From a virus (Duplodnaviria > Caudoviricetes): 54,492 bases of DNA. Positions 9,042 to 18,948 of this stretch are shown here, piece after piece. The position numbers and the translations under genes are program-made. Numbering within the stretch: position 1 is the stretch's first letter; every line of letters begins with the position of its first letter. The notes below the pieces were generated by a model, which did no database searches, was not told the DNA's origin, and saw only the letters and a list, made by a program, of their open reading frames with translations. The stretch spans positions 1-54,492 of IMG/VR virus record IMGVR_UViG_3300035670_000271; one strand, given 5' to 3'.

Positions 9042-10121
9042 TTATGGCAATGCGCTAAAGTCTATCAATGTTGCTGTTTTCGTTGTGCCTAAACTATTCG
9101 TGATTTTGATCATAATATCCCCGTCATCTCCGCTTCCCGATCCGTCGCTTTGCCACATGATATGACTGTTGTTTGGCGGGGCTGCCGGGTCTGATGAGAG
9201 TGCTGTTTTGACGATGGCGTTGATATTGTGAGAGGCGTCAAAATATCCGTTGACGCTATTCCATACCAGAATTTGCCCTGATGTCGTCAAGGGGGTTCCA
9301 TCGACATCGTCAAGCTCTGTGAGCCGAGAGGAGAACGTCGGGCGCGTGACGAGCGTCCCGTTTTGGTGGGCATGCACAACAACAGCGATGCGAATGCGTC
9401 GGTCTGGCGCTTCCGGCTCAACGTTGGTCAGATACCCCGCTGTTGTCGGAGAGATATACAAAATATCGCCATCATGCCACGTCTCTCCATACGGGGTTCC
9501 GGTCGTGTCAAACCCTCGCGTCTTCCCGAACCATGTGACTTTCCCGCTTTCCCCATTGTCAAGCCCCTCTGTCAGAATGCCCATCGTATATGAAGGATGC
9601 AGTGACCCATCTGCGATAGCGGGCTGTATTAACAGCCTGCCAGAGTTGCCGGTTGTGCCTGCGAACATAACGGGCGTTCCGTCTTCAATTCGCGTCCCTG
9701 TGTGATTCGCGCCCTCGAAAAACATCTCCTGACCGACCTGGAGAATGACATCAGCCGCCACGCGAAGATTGCATGTCTGCTCTGCATCATTCCACCAAAG
9801 CGTTCCAACCGGTTCGTTTCCGCTCTCAACATAGGCAGTGTCAAGGGTTATCGCGCCGACCGCATTGACATCATGCCCCTTCATGTCTATGTCTGTGTCA
9901 ATGGTGTGTGCGGCAACGCTCCATTCACGATTGTCAAGCTGCGCATGGTCACGAGTCAACCGACTTGTAACAGTTCCGTCCTGGTTATCGGTGAGACTGC
10001 CATCCTCAAACTCTATCGTGTGGATAAGCAGGCTCGGATCACCATCAGCTTCTTTCACTCGGATAGGATACCCGGCATTGACGCGGGTTGTGTGTGTGCC
10101 ATGAACTTGATGCGTTGTCAT
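9042..10121 (-). CDS. Putative tail fibre / minor structural protein
   Basis: Gly/Thr-rich; GILTEGLDNGESGKV..FG and LYISPTTAG.LT pattern. Confidence 0.55.
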   Translation of the reverse strand: MTTHQVHGTHTTRVNAGYPIRVKEADGDPSLLIHTIEFEDGSLTDNQDGTVTSRLTRDHAQLDNREWSVAAHTIDTDIDMKGHDVNAVGAITLDTAYVESGNEPVGTLWWNDAEQTCNLRVAADVILQVGQEMFFEGANHTGTRIEDGTPVMFAGTTGNSGRLLIQPAIADGSLHPSYTMGILTEGLDNGESGKVTWFGKTRGFDTTGTPYGETWHDGDILYISPTTAGYLTNVEPEAPDRRIRIAVVVHAHQNGTLVTRPTFSSRLTELDDVDGTPLTTSGQILVWNSVNGYFDASHNINAIVKTALSSDPAAPPNNSHIMWQSDGSGSGDDGDIMIKITNSLGTTKTATLIDFSALP

Positions 10122-10375
10122 TGACGTTCTTCCCTCATTTTTTCAAGGATTAGCAAAGGAGAATGTGCTGACAAAATACACTTGCCGCCACAAATGAAAA
10201 TAAGGCTTTGCGTCTTGCTGCCATGCGTCGCGTCAATGATATTGTGGTCAAGATACATATCATTAACGTATCGTTTGATAGGGCGGGCGCTCTCCTGCCC
10301 TGCCGCGCAAAATCCAATGACAGCATCCACACGAAAAAAATCATTGGTTCCAAAATCAATATATCGTGGACTCAT
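10118..10375 (-). CDS. remA: RemA / DUF370 family DNA-binding regulator homologue
   Basis: ESARPIKR, IIDATHGSKTQSLI and ILSAHSP match RemA motifs ESAPIKR, LIDATYGRRTRAVI and ILSAVQP. Confidence 0.75.
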   Translation of the reverse strand: MSPRYIDFGTNDFFRVDAVIGFCAAGQESARPIKRYVNDMYLDHNIIDATHGSKTQSLIFICGGKCILSAHSPLLILEKMREERQ

Positions 10376-10561
10376 AAGGGCACTCCCCAAAAATAGAACG
10401 TCACGGATAAATTGTTTCTATGTGAATAGGATAGCAAGAGAATATTATCTTGTCAAGACTTTTGTGTTTTTTTTCATTTTCGTTTAGAGAAAACGCCTAA
10501 TATTAAAAGCCGAGAGCGCAATGTAAAAAAAATATGGTGAGATTCACTCAGTCAAGCAAAC

Positions 10562-10600
10562 AAAAAATCTCCCTACACATCCGAGACATGTGTAGGGAGA
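10562..10600 (-). terminator. Rho-independent terminator downstream of dUTPase
   Basis: 13-bp stem tctccctacacat/atgtgtagggaga with a T-run on the minus strand. Confidence 0.7.
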
Positions 10601-10838
10601 CAGCCGTTGAAAAAAGCTTATGAAGTTGTGTGTGATGTCATGAGGAGTGTCTGCGGGTTATGGGATTTTGTCAAGATTTTTTTGCATGACGTGGCCGATT
10701 TTATGCGAGGCTTTGGCGGTCTGAATCGCTCGCGCTACCTGCTTCTCTCACAAGGCCGAATCTGTGAGTTGACGAAACTGTTCATGGGGGGACTCTGCCA
10801 CACACGGCGTTTCGTGTCAAGAAAAAATCTGCTAAAAT

Positions 10839-11345
10839 TTACACGCCGGTGCTCCCAAAACCCCCCGCCCCGCGCTCCGTCTTGCCGACTTCGCCCCACT
10901 CGACCTCTATGAGGGGGATAGACGAAAACACGAGTTGCGCGATCCGGTCACCGGGGTACACGACAAAGCGGCTGGCGTCGCGTGTCTTGGCTTCCTCCGG
11001 CCCATAGCAGATCACGTCAATGAGGTAACGGATTCTATCTATCCACGTGGCCCGGCGGCCATTCCTGAGCAAGATGAAGATTTCTCCTCGAAAATCGCTG
11101 TCTATCGTGCCCGGACTGTTCGCCACGAAAATATTCCTGAGCGCCAGCCCAGAGCGTGATCTGACTTGCGCCTCTAATCCGTTCGGCATCTCGCACGATA
11201 AACCCGTCGGAATCATGGCGACCCGTCCAGGATTAATGACAACCGGTTCTTCTAACGCGGCGTATATATCCAGCCCGGCGCTGCCTGTCGTGGCGCGACG
11301 TGGCAACATGGCGAGGCTGTTGAGTTTTTTTAAGATGATTTTCAT
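10839..11345 (-). CDS. dut: Trimeric dUTPase
   Basis: AGLDI, RSRSGLA, GTIDSDFRGE, DRIAQL and RGAGGFGSTG motifs. Confidence 0.95.
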   Translation of the reverse strand: MKIILKKLNSLAMLPRRATTGSAGLDIYAALEEPVVINPGRVAMIPTGLSCEMPNGLEAQVRSRSGLALRNIFVANSPGTIDSDFRGEIFILLRNGRRATWIDRIRYLIDVICYGPEEAKTRDASRFVVYPGDRIAQLVFSSIPLIEVEWGEVGKTERGAGGFGSTGV

Positions 11346-11478
11346 GGCTTCCCCCCGTCAAAAAAATGCCCGCCAACATCCACGATGCAGGCGGGCGATA
11401 TACAATACATAGCACGTTCTAAAGGGTCATCCCTGTGACTTTCGACAGGGATGAGACTCTCATGGGTGGGGAAATATG

Positions 11479-12585
11479 TCAAGAAATTTTTACCGCTTCT
11501 TTTGCATATTCCAGCGCGTCGGCTGACCGATGCCGCTGCCATGCGCCTTTTGAAAATGCAAACCTGAACCCATGTTTTTTCAAGTAGGTTATTACTGCGG
11601 CAGATGGTTTCCCCGGAAAGAAAATCTGAACTCGGTTGTCTTCGACGGAATCCTTGATCGTCACGTCTCCGAAGGTTTCTTCTTTTGTGACGTCTTTCGC
11701 CTTTCGCTCCAATTCCGCCAACCGGCCTTTCAGACGTCTGATTTCGGCGTTGTTATTCGTGAGCTTATACGTTTGGAAGCCTTGTTTCTCGTAAGTGTAT
11801 CGCGGATGCAACATGGAGTAAATGGCGTCATCTGTGAATCCTTGCGCCTTGAGTTCATCCGCTTTCTGTTCATCGGTTTTTTTCTTGCCGCGACAAATGG
11901 CGTTCGCCGCTTTCATCCTTTCCTGGACTCTCTCAAGTGTGTCGATTTTCTGACGCAGTTTGTCCAGCACGTCCTTATCGTCTGACGAAATCACATGCGA
12001 ATGTTTCGGGTTGAACTGTTTGTCCAGCCTCTCCCGTGATTTCTTTTGCCACTTGACCCACGTGTCAAGGTGGTTGCCTGCCCACCGTGACAGCTTCTCT
12101 GCTCGACGGACGGGGAAATTTGACGGGCCGGAAATCGCGCTGCTCATCAGATTGGCGTGGCTGTTCAGGTAACACCACATCAGCGAGAGATATTTTTTCC
12201 GATAGGTTTCCAGCGCCGCGACTAACGTGGGGCGGTTGTCGTCATTGACCAGTTTGCTAAAATATTCGTCAAGTTCTTCCATTTCAACACAATATCCCTC
12301 AGCGTAGAGATACCCCCGCCGTTCTGGTGTCCAGCTTGTTCCGTTATGGCAGGCATTCGCCCGCTGAATGTCCACGTCATTGTAATGATAGTTGATAAGG
12401 TTCGGCGTCACGGGCAGGAAGTCTTCTTCCCGCCCCTCGTATCTATCGCCCGCGCCGTTCTTTGCGACGACCTGCCCGTCAAGCATGTCCACGATAACAA
12501 GCGTATCTGTCAACGCTTTTGTGCTGTCAAGATACCGGTTCACTGGCTTGATGTTTTTTCCTCTGACCATTTGGTTGATTTGCAT
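11479..12585 (-). CDS. DUF3560-like early protein
   Basis: SGPSNFP, ISSDD...KL, NNNAEIRRL..RL, DNRVQIFFPGKP...LKKHGFR...AWQR. Confidence 0.65.
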   Translation of the reverse strand: MQINQMVRGKNIKPVNRYLDSTKALTDTLVIVDMLDGQVVAKNGAGDRYEGREEDFLPVTPNLINYHYNDVDIQRANACHNGTSWTPERRGYLYAEGYCVEMEELDEYFSKLVNDDNRPTLVAALETYRKKYLSLMWCYLNSHANLMSSAISGPSNFPVRRAEKLSRWAGNHLDTWVKWQKKSRERLDKQFNPKHSHVISSDDKDVLDKLRQKIDTLERVQERMKAANAICRGKKKTDEQKADELKAQGFTDDAIYSMLHPRYTYEKQGFQTYKLTNNNAEIRRLKGRLAELERKAKDVTKEETFGDVTIKDSVEDNRVQIFFPGKPSAAVITYLKKHGFRFAFSKGAWQRHRSADALEYAKEAVKIS

Positions 12586-12599
12586 GTTCTTCTCTCCTT

Positions 12600-12803
12600 T
12601 TATAATCCTAACTGTTTTCTGGCCCAGGTTGTCGCGCCTTTCAATGTTTTATGCTCTGCCCGTCGCCGCCCGGCGATAAATTCCCCGCGATCATCAAGAT
12701 AGATGCACGTTTCAAAGGTTCCGCCTTGAGTCCACTGACTTGTCAACGCGACTAAATTGCCTTGTCTGGCTACTTCTTTATTGAGGATTCTTATGTCTTT
12801 CAT
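12600..12803 (-). CDS. Small early hypothetical protein
   Basis: Strong RBS AAGGAGAG and an upstream promoter. Confidence 0.65.
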   Translation of the reverse strand: MKDIRILNKEVARQGNLVALTSQWTQGGTFETCIYLDDRGEFIAGRRRAEHKTLKGATTWARKQLGL

Positions 12804-12856
12804 GTTCTTCTCTCCTTGTTAAAAATTAAGAATTTCTTTTCCCGTTAAGTGAGTAT

Positions 12857-12904
12857 AAGATAAAATAATGCGCTTCTAAAGTCAAGAAAAAAGTGACTTT
12901 AGAA
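12857..12904 (-). promoter_or_regulatory. Sigma70-type promoter with overlapping palindromic operator
   Basis: TTGACT-17-TATCTT on the minus strand; TTCTAAAGTCA-N9-TGACTTTAGAA inverted repeat over the -35. Confidence 0.7.
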
Positions 12905-12978
12905 TGAGAAAAAGAATGAATTTTAGGAAGAATATGGCTTGAATTGACTGATTGACAAGGAGTTTCCGCCGTAAGGAT

Positions 12979-13731
12979 TTACAGCGAAATAGGATTGGAG
13001 AGAAGTTGTTTTTTCTTCCGCACGAGCGTCCTCATATCAATTCCTGTCAGGTGGTTGATTTCCTCAACCGTTTTCTCTCGGAATAGCTGACACATGACGC
13101 CTGACAATTCTTCTCGCGTCTCGATTTTAAACCCATAGAGCGGCTGTAGGCGCTCGACAATCCTGGTAAAAGTACACGCGAACCAGACTGACCGCACGAC
13201 GGGAATGCCTGCGCCGCGCCATATATACGAGAGTGTCTGATAATTTTCATCCAGCAAGAGGGCGACCTCATGGACGGTGTAGCCCATCGCATGAAATGTA
13301 TGGAACGCCCGATGTACATCGGATTCAATCGTCGCGTTCATGTCCGGGCAGTCGTCAGCGGGGGATGTGAACGCCATTGAGTCAAACGGTTTCATGTGTA
13401 GCGCGATGACTTTTGCGCGAAGCCTGCGCATGATGACGTCATGTACACGGGAGCGCACGTCTTTTGCGACGGTTTCCAGCGTTCCTGCTCGAAATCTCGC
13501 TAATACATCGCGTCGGGAAAGCCGCTGACGTTGCGCAAAATTACAGAGGGATGTATATCTATAGCCCCTGACCACAATGTCGCGCCTTTGCATGTACTCT
13601 TCAATCTCGTCGGCGCTCATGCCGTCCCGGTAACAATCGAAGACTGTCATGGGGCGGAAGTGATGATGCAGCGCGAAGGCCGTCATGGACGGGAAGCCGC
13701 CAATCGGGACGGATTTATTGAACTTGTGCAT
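12979..13731 (-). CDS. Hypothetical protein, probably DNA-binding (HTH-like segments)
   Basis: GYTVHEVALLL and KTVEEINHLTGIDMRTL. Confidence 0.55.
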   Translation of the reverse strand: MHKFNKSVPIGGFPSMTAFALHHHFRPMTVFDCYRDGMSADEIEEYMQRRDIVVRGYRYTSLCNFAQRQRLSRRDVLARFRAGTLETVAKDVRSRVHDVIMRRLRAKVIALHMKPFDSMAFTSPADDCPDMNATIESDVHRAFHTFHAMGYTVHEVALLLDENYQTLSYIWRGAGIPVVRSVWFACTFTRIVERLQPLYGFKIETREELSGVMCQLFREKTVEEINHLTGIDMRTLVRKKKQLLSNPISL

Positions 13732-13999
13732 CGGCTCTCACCTTCAGCATGATTCTCTCCCGTTTTGACGGCGATAATTCGCCGAACCACTCCAACGCCC
13801 GCGCCGCAAGAAGTGGCATCTGGCGTTCTCCGGTGTCCCACCGCCGAACCAGTCCAGGGCTGACGCAGAGCAGTCGCGCTACATCGACGTATTTCATTTG
13901 CTGAGACTGCAAAAACGCTTGTATAGCCTTGACGGTATCGTCAAGACTGAGATATTGTTTGATTCCTTGTTTCTTTTTCATGTTTCTACTAATACTCAT
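13715..13999 (-). CDS. XRE/Cro-like HTH regulator
   Basis: MKYVDVARLLCVSPGLVRRWDTGERQMP. Confidence 0.75.
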   Translation of the reverse strand: MSISRNMKKKQGIKQYLSLDDTVKAIQAFLQSQQMKYVDVARLLCVSPGLVRRWDTGERQMPLLAARALEWFGELSPSKRERIMLKVRADAQVQ

Positions 14000-14104
14000 C
14001 CCGTTGTGAAAGTCAAGAAAAACGTGACAGAAATTATCTTTTTTTTGACTTTCACATGAATATTGACAAAGTTATCTCTTTCTTTTTCAACACGTTACGT
14101 GTTT

Positions 14105-14368
14105 TTATCCCGCTCTATTTGGCAGCGTGTCAATGCCTTTGGACGCATACCATTCTGCGGAATACACGATCTGTTCCGGCGTAGGCTGCGGTTGTAGCGT
14201 TGACGTAAAAACTGGCATGGCCGGACGTCCTGGCTGAATCACACGGTCATAGCAGGCGCGACAATAGAAGCCGCTGGGTTTGCGCTCGGAATACACTAAG
14301 CCGAGCGAGCGCCGCGCAAAGAGTTGCTGACAGCCCTGACATCTGTGCTGAGTTTTGAAATATCTCAT
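14105..14368 (-). CDS. Small Zn-finger protein
   Basis: CQGC...CRAC. Confidence 0.55.
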   Translation of the reverse strand: MRYFKTQHRCQGCQQLFARRSLGLVYSERKPSGFYCRACYDRVIQPGRPAMPVFTSTLQPQPTPEQIVYSAEWYASKGIDTLPNRAG

Positions 14369-14403
14369 TATAAAGTTTCGCCTCCGTTGTTTTTGCGTCC
14401 AAT

Positions 14404-14650
14404 CTGTTGCAAGGTTGTATGAACAAGGTTGAAATGTTGTAAAGTCATTATTTTATCATTATTTATCTCTATGCGCTCTAACAACCTACAACCTTTTTTC
14501 TTATGTTACTCCTTATATACCTACTATTACCCATTACTATACCATTTTATATATTTTTAGTAATATAGGTTGTAAGGTTGCTTAAAGCACCTGATAGCAG
14601 TCGACTACAACCTCCTGCAACCTCAGAAATAGCTAAAATGGTTGAATGTG
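14404..14650. other. Putative replication origin
   Basis: Non-coding and AT-rich, with multiple AGGTTG/CAACCT iterons in both orientations just downstream of the helicase gene. Confidence 0.55.
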
Positions 14651-14695
14651 AAAAAAAAGATTTCGCTAAATATTCTCATTTTATTGTATGTTTTA

Positions 14696-16177
14696 TCAGA
14701 AAATATTTCCATTTTCTCCAGATTGCCTATTTTCGCCTTTTATTTGCACAAAATATCCTCTTTTACCGCTATCTGACGTGACGCCCTTTTCGTATCCAAG
14801 CTCTTTCATGACTGCCGCGACATCCATCATGTCCCCCCTGTCCGTCTTGCCTTTATAACCTGCGTCATTCAAAACGCGCAGAATCTCCGTTGACGCCGTG
14901 ATATAGTCGGAACGCTCAAACAGTTCGTTGATGTAATCTTCCAAAATATTCACGCGCCGGTAGCGTGGCAAAACGTGGATTTGTAAGTCATGCTTGTCGT
15001 CTGCTCCGAGGTCTGCCGTTTCACCTTGCTCAACAAGCATCATGATTTGGCCCCAAAGTTGATCGCGGTCTATCGCTGTTGCATACTCATGCCTGATGCG
15101 CGTAATGGTCACGGGGCGATACCTTCTATTGCCTGTGCTGTCAGAGAGGAACCCGGCTCCGTCGTCATTAATCGTGCCAATGAACGACGCTGTAACAGGC
15201 TTATCAACATCATAATGTCCGTAGGGACGTCGTAATGAAAACACGTCTTGTGTGAGAAACGCTTTCAGCGCCTCCATATCAGCGCGTCGTGTCGTGCTGC
15301 CGAGTTCAACAACTTCCCAAATCCACCGCTCACAGGCCCGAATCATGTGATCTTTGTTATCTGGCAAGATGATTGATGAAACAAACACGTCATCAACCGG
15401 GCAGAGCCAGCGGACAAAATAGCCTTTCCCGACCCCTTGCGACCCCATCATGACAAACATCGGATTCTGCTCTCGAAAAAGAATCTTTCGCACCGCGCCA
15501 ATAAGCCATTTCCTGAGATAGAGTGGAAATAATCCGTCCTCATCCTCAAAAAAAGAGCAAAGATGCTCAAGTTGAGGGCTTCCGTCATAGTGTTGCTTGA
15601 CAGTTTCAATATATGTTACAATGGGATTATATGGATTCATCGCCGCTGTTGCCGTCATCACGCTTCTAATAGCCTCTTGCGAAGAAATGCCAGCGTTCAT
15701 CATGTGGTAGTGAATTCCTGCAAAGATGGTATCGTTCAGCATTTCGCCATTGACAAAAATCGCATCACGTAACGTGTTGTACGTCAGTTTATACCCACGC
15801 AAAAGCCATGCGATTTTATCCGCTTTCCGCTCAGGCGTGTCTTCATTCTTCTTGCCAGAGTCGAGCGTTTTTTTCATTGTGAGATATAAGTCTTTATCAA
15901 TCTCACGCGCTATCGAAATAATAGGCACGACGGACGGGGTATTCCCATCGCTTTCGATACTATTCCATGCTTTAAAAATGCCTTGCGCCTCATATCCTGG
16001 AGACTTTTTGGCAATCGTGACAAAATCATCAAATGGGATGCCGCTGAACTTAAATATTTTGACATAGTCAATCCACTCGGCGTCTGATAGCCGTTTTTTA
16101 AAGCCACGCATAAAGAGCACGCGCAGCGCAGCCTCGAAAGAAATATCATTTGATCTGCTCTTTTGTAGGTTCTCCAT
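14696..16177 (-). CDS. VapE (virulence-associated E)-type helicase with PriCT-like N-terminus
   Basis: GSQGVGKG Walker A, WIWEVVEL, RRPYGH, FIGTIN, FLSDSTGNRRY, DRDQLWGQ; RBS before ATG 16177. Confidence 0.9.
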   Translation of the reverse strand: MENLQKSRSNDISFEAALRVLFMRGFKKRLSDAEWIDYVKIFKFSGIPFDDFVTIAKKSPGYEAQGIFKAWNSIESDGNTPSVVPIISIAREIDKDLYLTMKKTLDSGKKNEDTPERKADKIAWLLRGYKLTYNTLRDAIFVNGEMLNDTIFAGIHYHMMNAGISSQEAIRSVMTATAAMNPYNPIVTYIETVKQHYDGSPQLEHLCSFFEDEDGLFPLYLRKWLIGAVRKILFREQNPMFVMMGSQGVGKGYFVRWLCPVDDVFVSSIILPDNKDHMIRACERWIWEVVELGSTTRRADMEALKAFLTQDVFSLRRPYGHYDVDKPVTASFIGTINDDGAGFLSDSTGNRRYRPVTITRIRHEYATAIDRDQLWGQIMMLVEQGETADLGADDKHDLQIHVLPRYRRVNILEDYINELFERSDYITASTEILRVLNDAGYKGKTDRGDMMDVAAVMKELGYEKGVTSDSGKRGYFVQIKGENRQSGENGNIF

Positions 16178-16325
16178 GCGTAGAATCTCCTTGCTCAACT
16201 AAATATTGTTCGATACATTCTGCCACGAAAAGATTCAAGGGTTTCTCTGCTTGCGTCGCCGCGATCTTTGCTTTTTTGTGGATTTCAGGGTACAGATTCA
16301 CGGGAATATACACTCGTTTTTTCAT
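16146..16325 (-). CDS. Small ribbon-helix-helix / HicB-like DNA-binding protein (59 aa, not in the ORF track)
   Basis: MKKRVYIPVNLYPEIHKKAKIAATQAEKPLNLFVAECIEQYL; TAATG coupling to the Prim-Pol stop. Confidence 0.65.
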   Translation of the reverse strand: MKKRVYIPVNLYPEIHKKAKIAATQAEKPLNLFVAECIEQYLVEQGDSTHGEPTKEQIK

Positions 16326-17356
16326 TATGTAAGGTCTGCCGGGTGTGGCGGCGACTCATGCTGTAGTAATGTTTGGAGGTCAGGACAGAATCGACTGACA
16401 CACCACTCCAATGCTTGAAATGGTTTCATCTTGGTAAAAAGTGAGATGAGATGAAAGATGTCTCCTGACTTATTACATCCCTCATGAAAGCAATAAAAAA
16501 AACCATCTTCGATGTGCCATCTGAGACACGTCCCACTCTGAGAGTCATGCTCTGGACATTCTCCCACATAATTGACACCATCAACACTGTACGTCCACCC
16601 AATTTCGCCAAACACTGCGTCAACGTCTATCCGTGCCTTAACTTTGTCAAAAAGCGTCTCTTGCGTGTTTATAGTTGGCTGGTTTTTAGGGAGAGCATGG
16701 AAAACCGGTTGAGCATACGTCAACTCAAAAAATGTGTCAATGATTTTATTCCACGCAATTTTTTCAGGAGCCTTTGACGGTGATCCGTGTATAAATCTAT
16801 ATGTGTTCCCAGAAGGATGTATTGACGGAGGGATGAGCGTTTGACACCGCTCAACACGCAACTCAAGATGATCAAACCCAACACCCGGCGCAGAAAAGAC
16901 TCCCGCGCCTTGTCGCTTTGCGGGAAGACCATGCCGCGCCGGAATGGGGTCTGACAAAATCCACACGTGAAAACCATGACGGCTTCCACTTTCGACAACC
17001 CATTCATATCCCTCGTCAATCCCTAACCCATCCAACAACTCAAAAATCGCTGACGTTGAAGAGCATTTGTCGAAATCAAAACACGTCCAGCCATTGACAC
17101 CGCAGACAATTCCGACAGCATCAAACGGGTCATCATGCCGGAATAACGTGTCATAATCATCACGGGTCATGACACGCGACTGATATTCTTTCCATGTGAT
17201 AGGATGTGCGAGGGTTCCTGGCTGCTTTCCGGTAAAACGTTTTTTGCCGGTTGGTAATAGAATTTCGCGCCCTATCCCATCGATAGGTATAAGATTCGGA
17301 GGCGGCGAAAAACGCAACGATGATAACGCATCATGCAATGAGATAGTATATTTCAT
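16325..17356 (-). CDS. Bifunctional DNA primase-polymerase with C-terminal CHC2 zinc finger
   Basis: GIVCG..FDFD, SGSRHGFHVW, LIPPSIHPSGNTY; CPEH...CFHEGC..SGD. Confidence 0.85.
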   Translation of the reverse strand: MKYTISLHDALSSLRFSPPPNLIPIDGIGREILLPTGKKRFTGKQPGTLAHPITWKEYQSRVMTRDDYDTLFRHDDPFDAVGIVCGVNGWTCFDFDKCSSTSAIFELLDGLGIDEGYEWVVESGSRHGFHVWILSDPIPARHGLPAKRQGAGVFSAPGVGFDHLELRVERCQTLIPPSIHPSGNTYRFIHGSPSKAPEKIAWNKIIDTFFELTYAQPVFHALPKNQPTINTQETLFDKVKARIDVDAVFGEIGWTYSVDGVNYVGECPEHDSQSGTCLRWHIEDGFFYCFHEGCNKSGDIFHLISLFTKMKPFQALEWCVSRFCPDLQTLLQHESPPHPADLT

Positions 17357-17613
17357 GCGTTTTAATCTAATTAGATAATTAGATTTGTCAAGAAAAAAAG
17401 AAAAATCTCTTGACAAATCTGCGTAGACATGCGTTACTATTGACAAGGGCGACTCCTTGCGCCCATGTTCAAGAATTCTTCTTTCCAATTGATGGGGCTG
17501 GACGTGTTGACCAGCCCCATCAATCTTAATACATCGGCGTGCAGCCCATGCCGAAAAACAGCACGCACAAGCAGACAATTCCAATCAATAGCAAAGCCGC
17601 AGACACAAGATAT

Positions 17614-18144
17614 TCAGTTGGAATCATGGTTCTCACCTCCTTTGTAAGCGAATAAGCGCGTCAAGAGTGCGCAAAAGTCCACGATCATGAGATAAATCAC
17701 GTCAGGTTTTCCACGCTCAAGCCATAACTGGCCCAAATACATCAACAGATCAATCCCTTCCTGAATCGCGTCAAGATGCGCGTCCAGTCCGTTGTGTGTT
17801 TCCAGCATTGTGCCGTATTTCTCGGCTCCGACACTGACGCGCTGATCGAATGCGTCTACAATCTCTGACTTGACCAAGCCCTTGACGACAGGCTTCAACT
17901 CATCCCAGACGACAGCCCGCCCCTTGCGTGGCAAGGGCTGCCGCGTGCCGTAGACCATCGGCGATAATGCCAGAATCGCGGTCGGGTTTCCGTCAAGCGT
18001 GACGCGATGCCCGCAAAAATATTCCGCCCGCGTGTCAATCGCCACGTCGCCGACATAGCCAAGCAGTCGGTCAGCGGCAGTTGTCACGTGGTCTTTCTCG
18101 ACAATCATCATTTCCTCAACAATTTTGTGTGTCATGCCGTTCAC
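17614..18144 (-). CDS. Hypothetical protein with all-alpha NTP-pyrophosphohydrolase-like C-terminus
   Basis: R..VGAEKYGT.L...NG......QE.ID..MYL pattern. Confidence 0.5.
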   Translation of the reverse strand: MNGMTHKIVEEMMIVEKDHVTTAADRLLGYVGDVAIDTRAEYFCGHRVTLDGNPTAILALSPMVYGTRQPLPRKGRAVVWDELKPVVKGLVKSEIVDAFDQRVSVGAEKYGTMLETHNGLDAHLDAIQEGIDLLMYLGQLWLERGKPDVIYLMIVDFCALLTRLFAYKGGENHDSN

Positions 18145-18694
18145 ACCTGTCTGTAAATAGGTACGTCAGCCAGTGATGCAGCGCGCCGGCATAGCCTTTT
18201 GGCATACACGCATAATAGCCGATGCCCTCCAAATATTCAATCATTCTCTTCTGTTCTTTCCGCTTTTGCGAGTTCCCCGGCTTTTTCAATTCGCAGACGA
18301 ACCCGTGATAGTCATGACATGGATACAGCACTGTAATGTCCGCGCTCCCGCGCTGGTATCCCATACGTTTGTAGTTCTGCATCTGTGTTGAGTACCGTCC
18401 TTGCGTGCCGTCCTTGCGCGTGTAGGTGCGCGCCGACTTGTCAAAGAAATCGGCAACCGACACGATGAGTCCGGGATAGTGTGCCCCGTCCTCATCCACA
18501 TACTCGCCGAGTTTTTCAGGAAAGATCGCCATGAGGCAGGCAATCAGCGCCTTCTGTGATTTCTGCTCAGGCTTCCCGGACACCCCACGCAAAAACAATT
18601 CAGGATGCCAGTCCCGAATTTGAAAGCAGCGAGGGAAATCTTGCCTCACCCGTGCCAGTCCTTCCAATTCCATATCTTCCCATGCCTGCTTCAT
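18116..18694 (-). CDS. VRR-NUC family nuclease (putative Holliday junction resolvase)
   Basis: G.ADI, GFVCELK, EQK.....L...GY. Confidence 0.8.
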   Translation of the reverse strand: MKQAWEDMELEGLARVRQDFPRCFQIRDWHPELFLRGVSGKPEQKSQKALIACLMAIFPEKLGEYVDEDGAHYPGLIVSVADFFDKSARTYTRKDGTQGRYSTQMQNYKRMGYQRGSADITVLYPCHDYHGFVCELKKPGNSQKRKEQKRMIEYLEGIGYYACMPKGYAGALHHWLTYLFTDRCERHDTQNC

Positions 18695-18885
18695 TTGTTA
18701 TATGTCCTCCGTATCCGCGCCATCGTGTCAAGAAGAGCATACGCCTCTGCTTTCTCGTCTGATGTCAGCGTGTTTTTCGCCGACTGTTCGACGAGCTTGC
18801 CCCATCGTGACACGAGCGCGGACTGTGGTGGTAACGCAGAGGCAAGCATATTGCCCCTGGCGATAAGTTTGGGATATAGTGTCAT
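18691..18885 (-). CDS. Hypothetical protein
   Basis: 64-aa ORF overlapping the next start. Confidence 0.45.
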   Translation of the reverse strand: MTLYPKLIARGNMLASALPPQSALVSRWGKLVEQSAKNTLTSDEKAEAYALLDTMARIRRTYNK

Positions 18886-18948
18886 AACACGCCCTCAAGA
18901 TAGCAGGCAAGCATGAGAGACACCCATATAATGCAGAGAATGATCATG

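Noticed and set aside
10390-10838. tRNA or coding gene in this intergenic gap
   Set aside because: No cloverleaf or T-loop motif was seen; the 10607-10912 ORF opposes local transcription and overlaps dut
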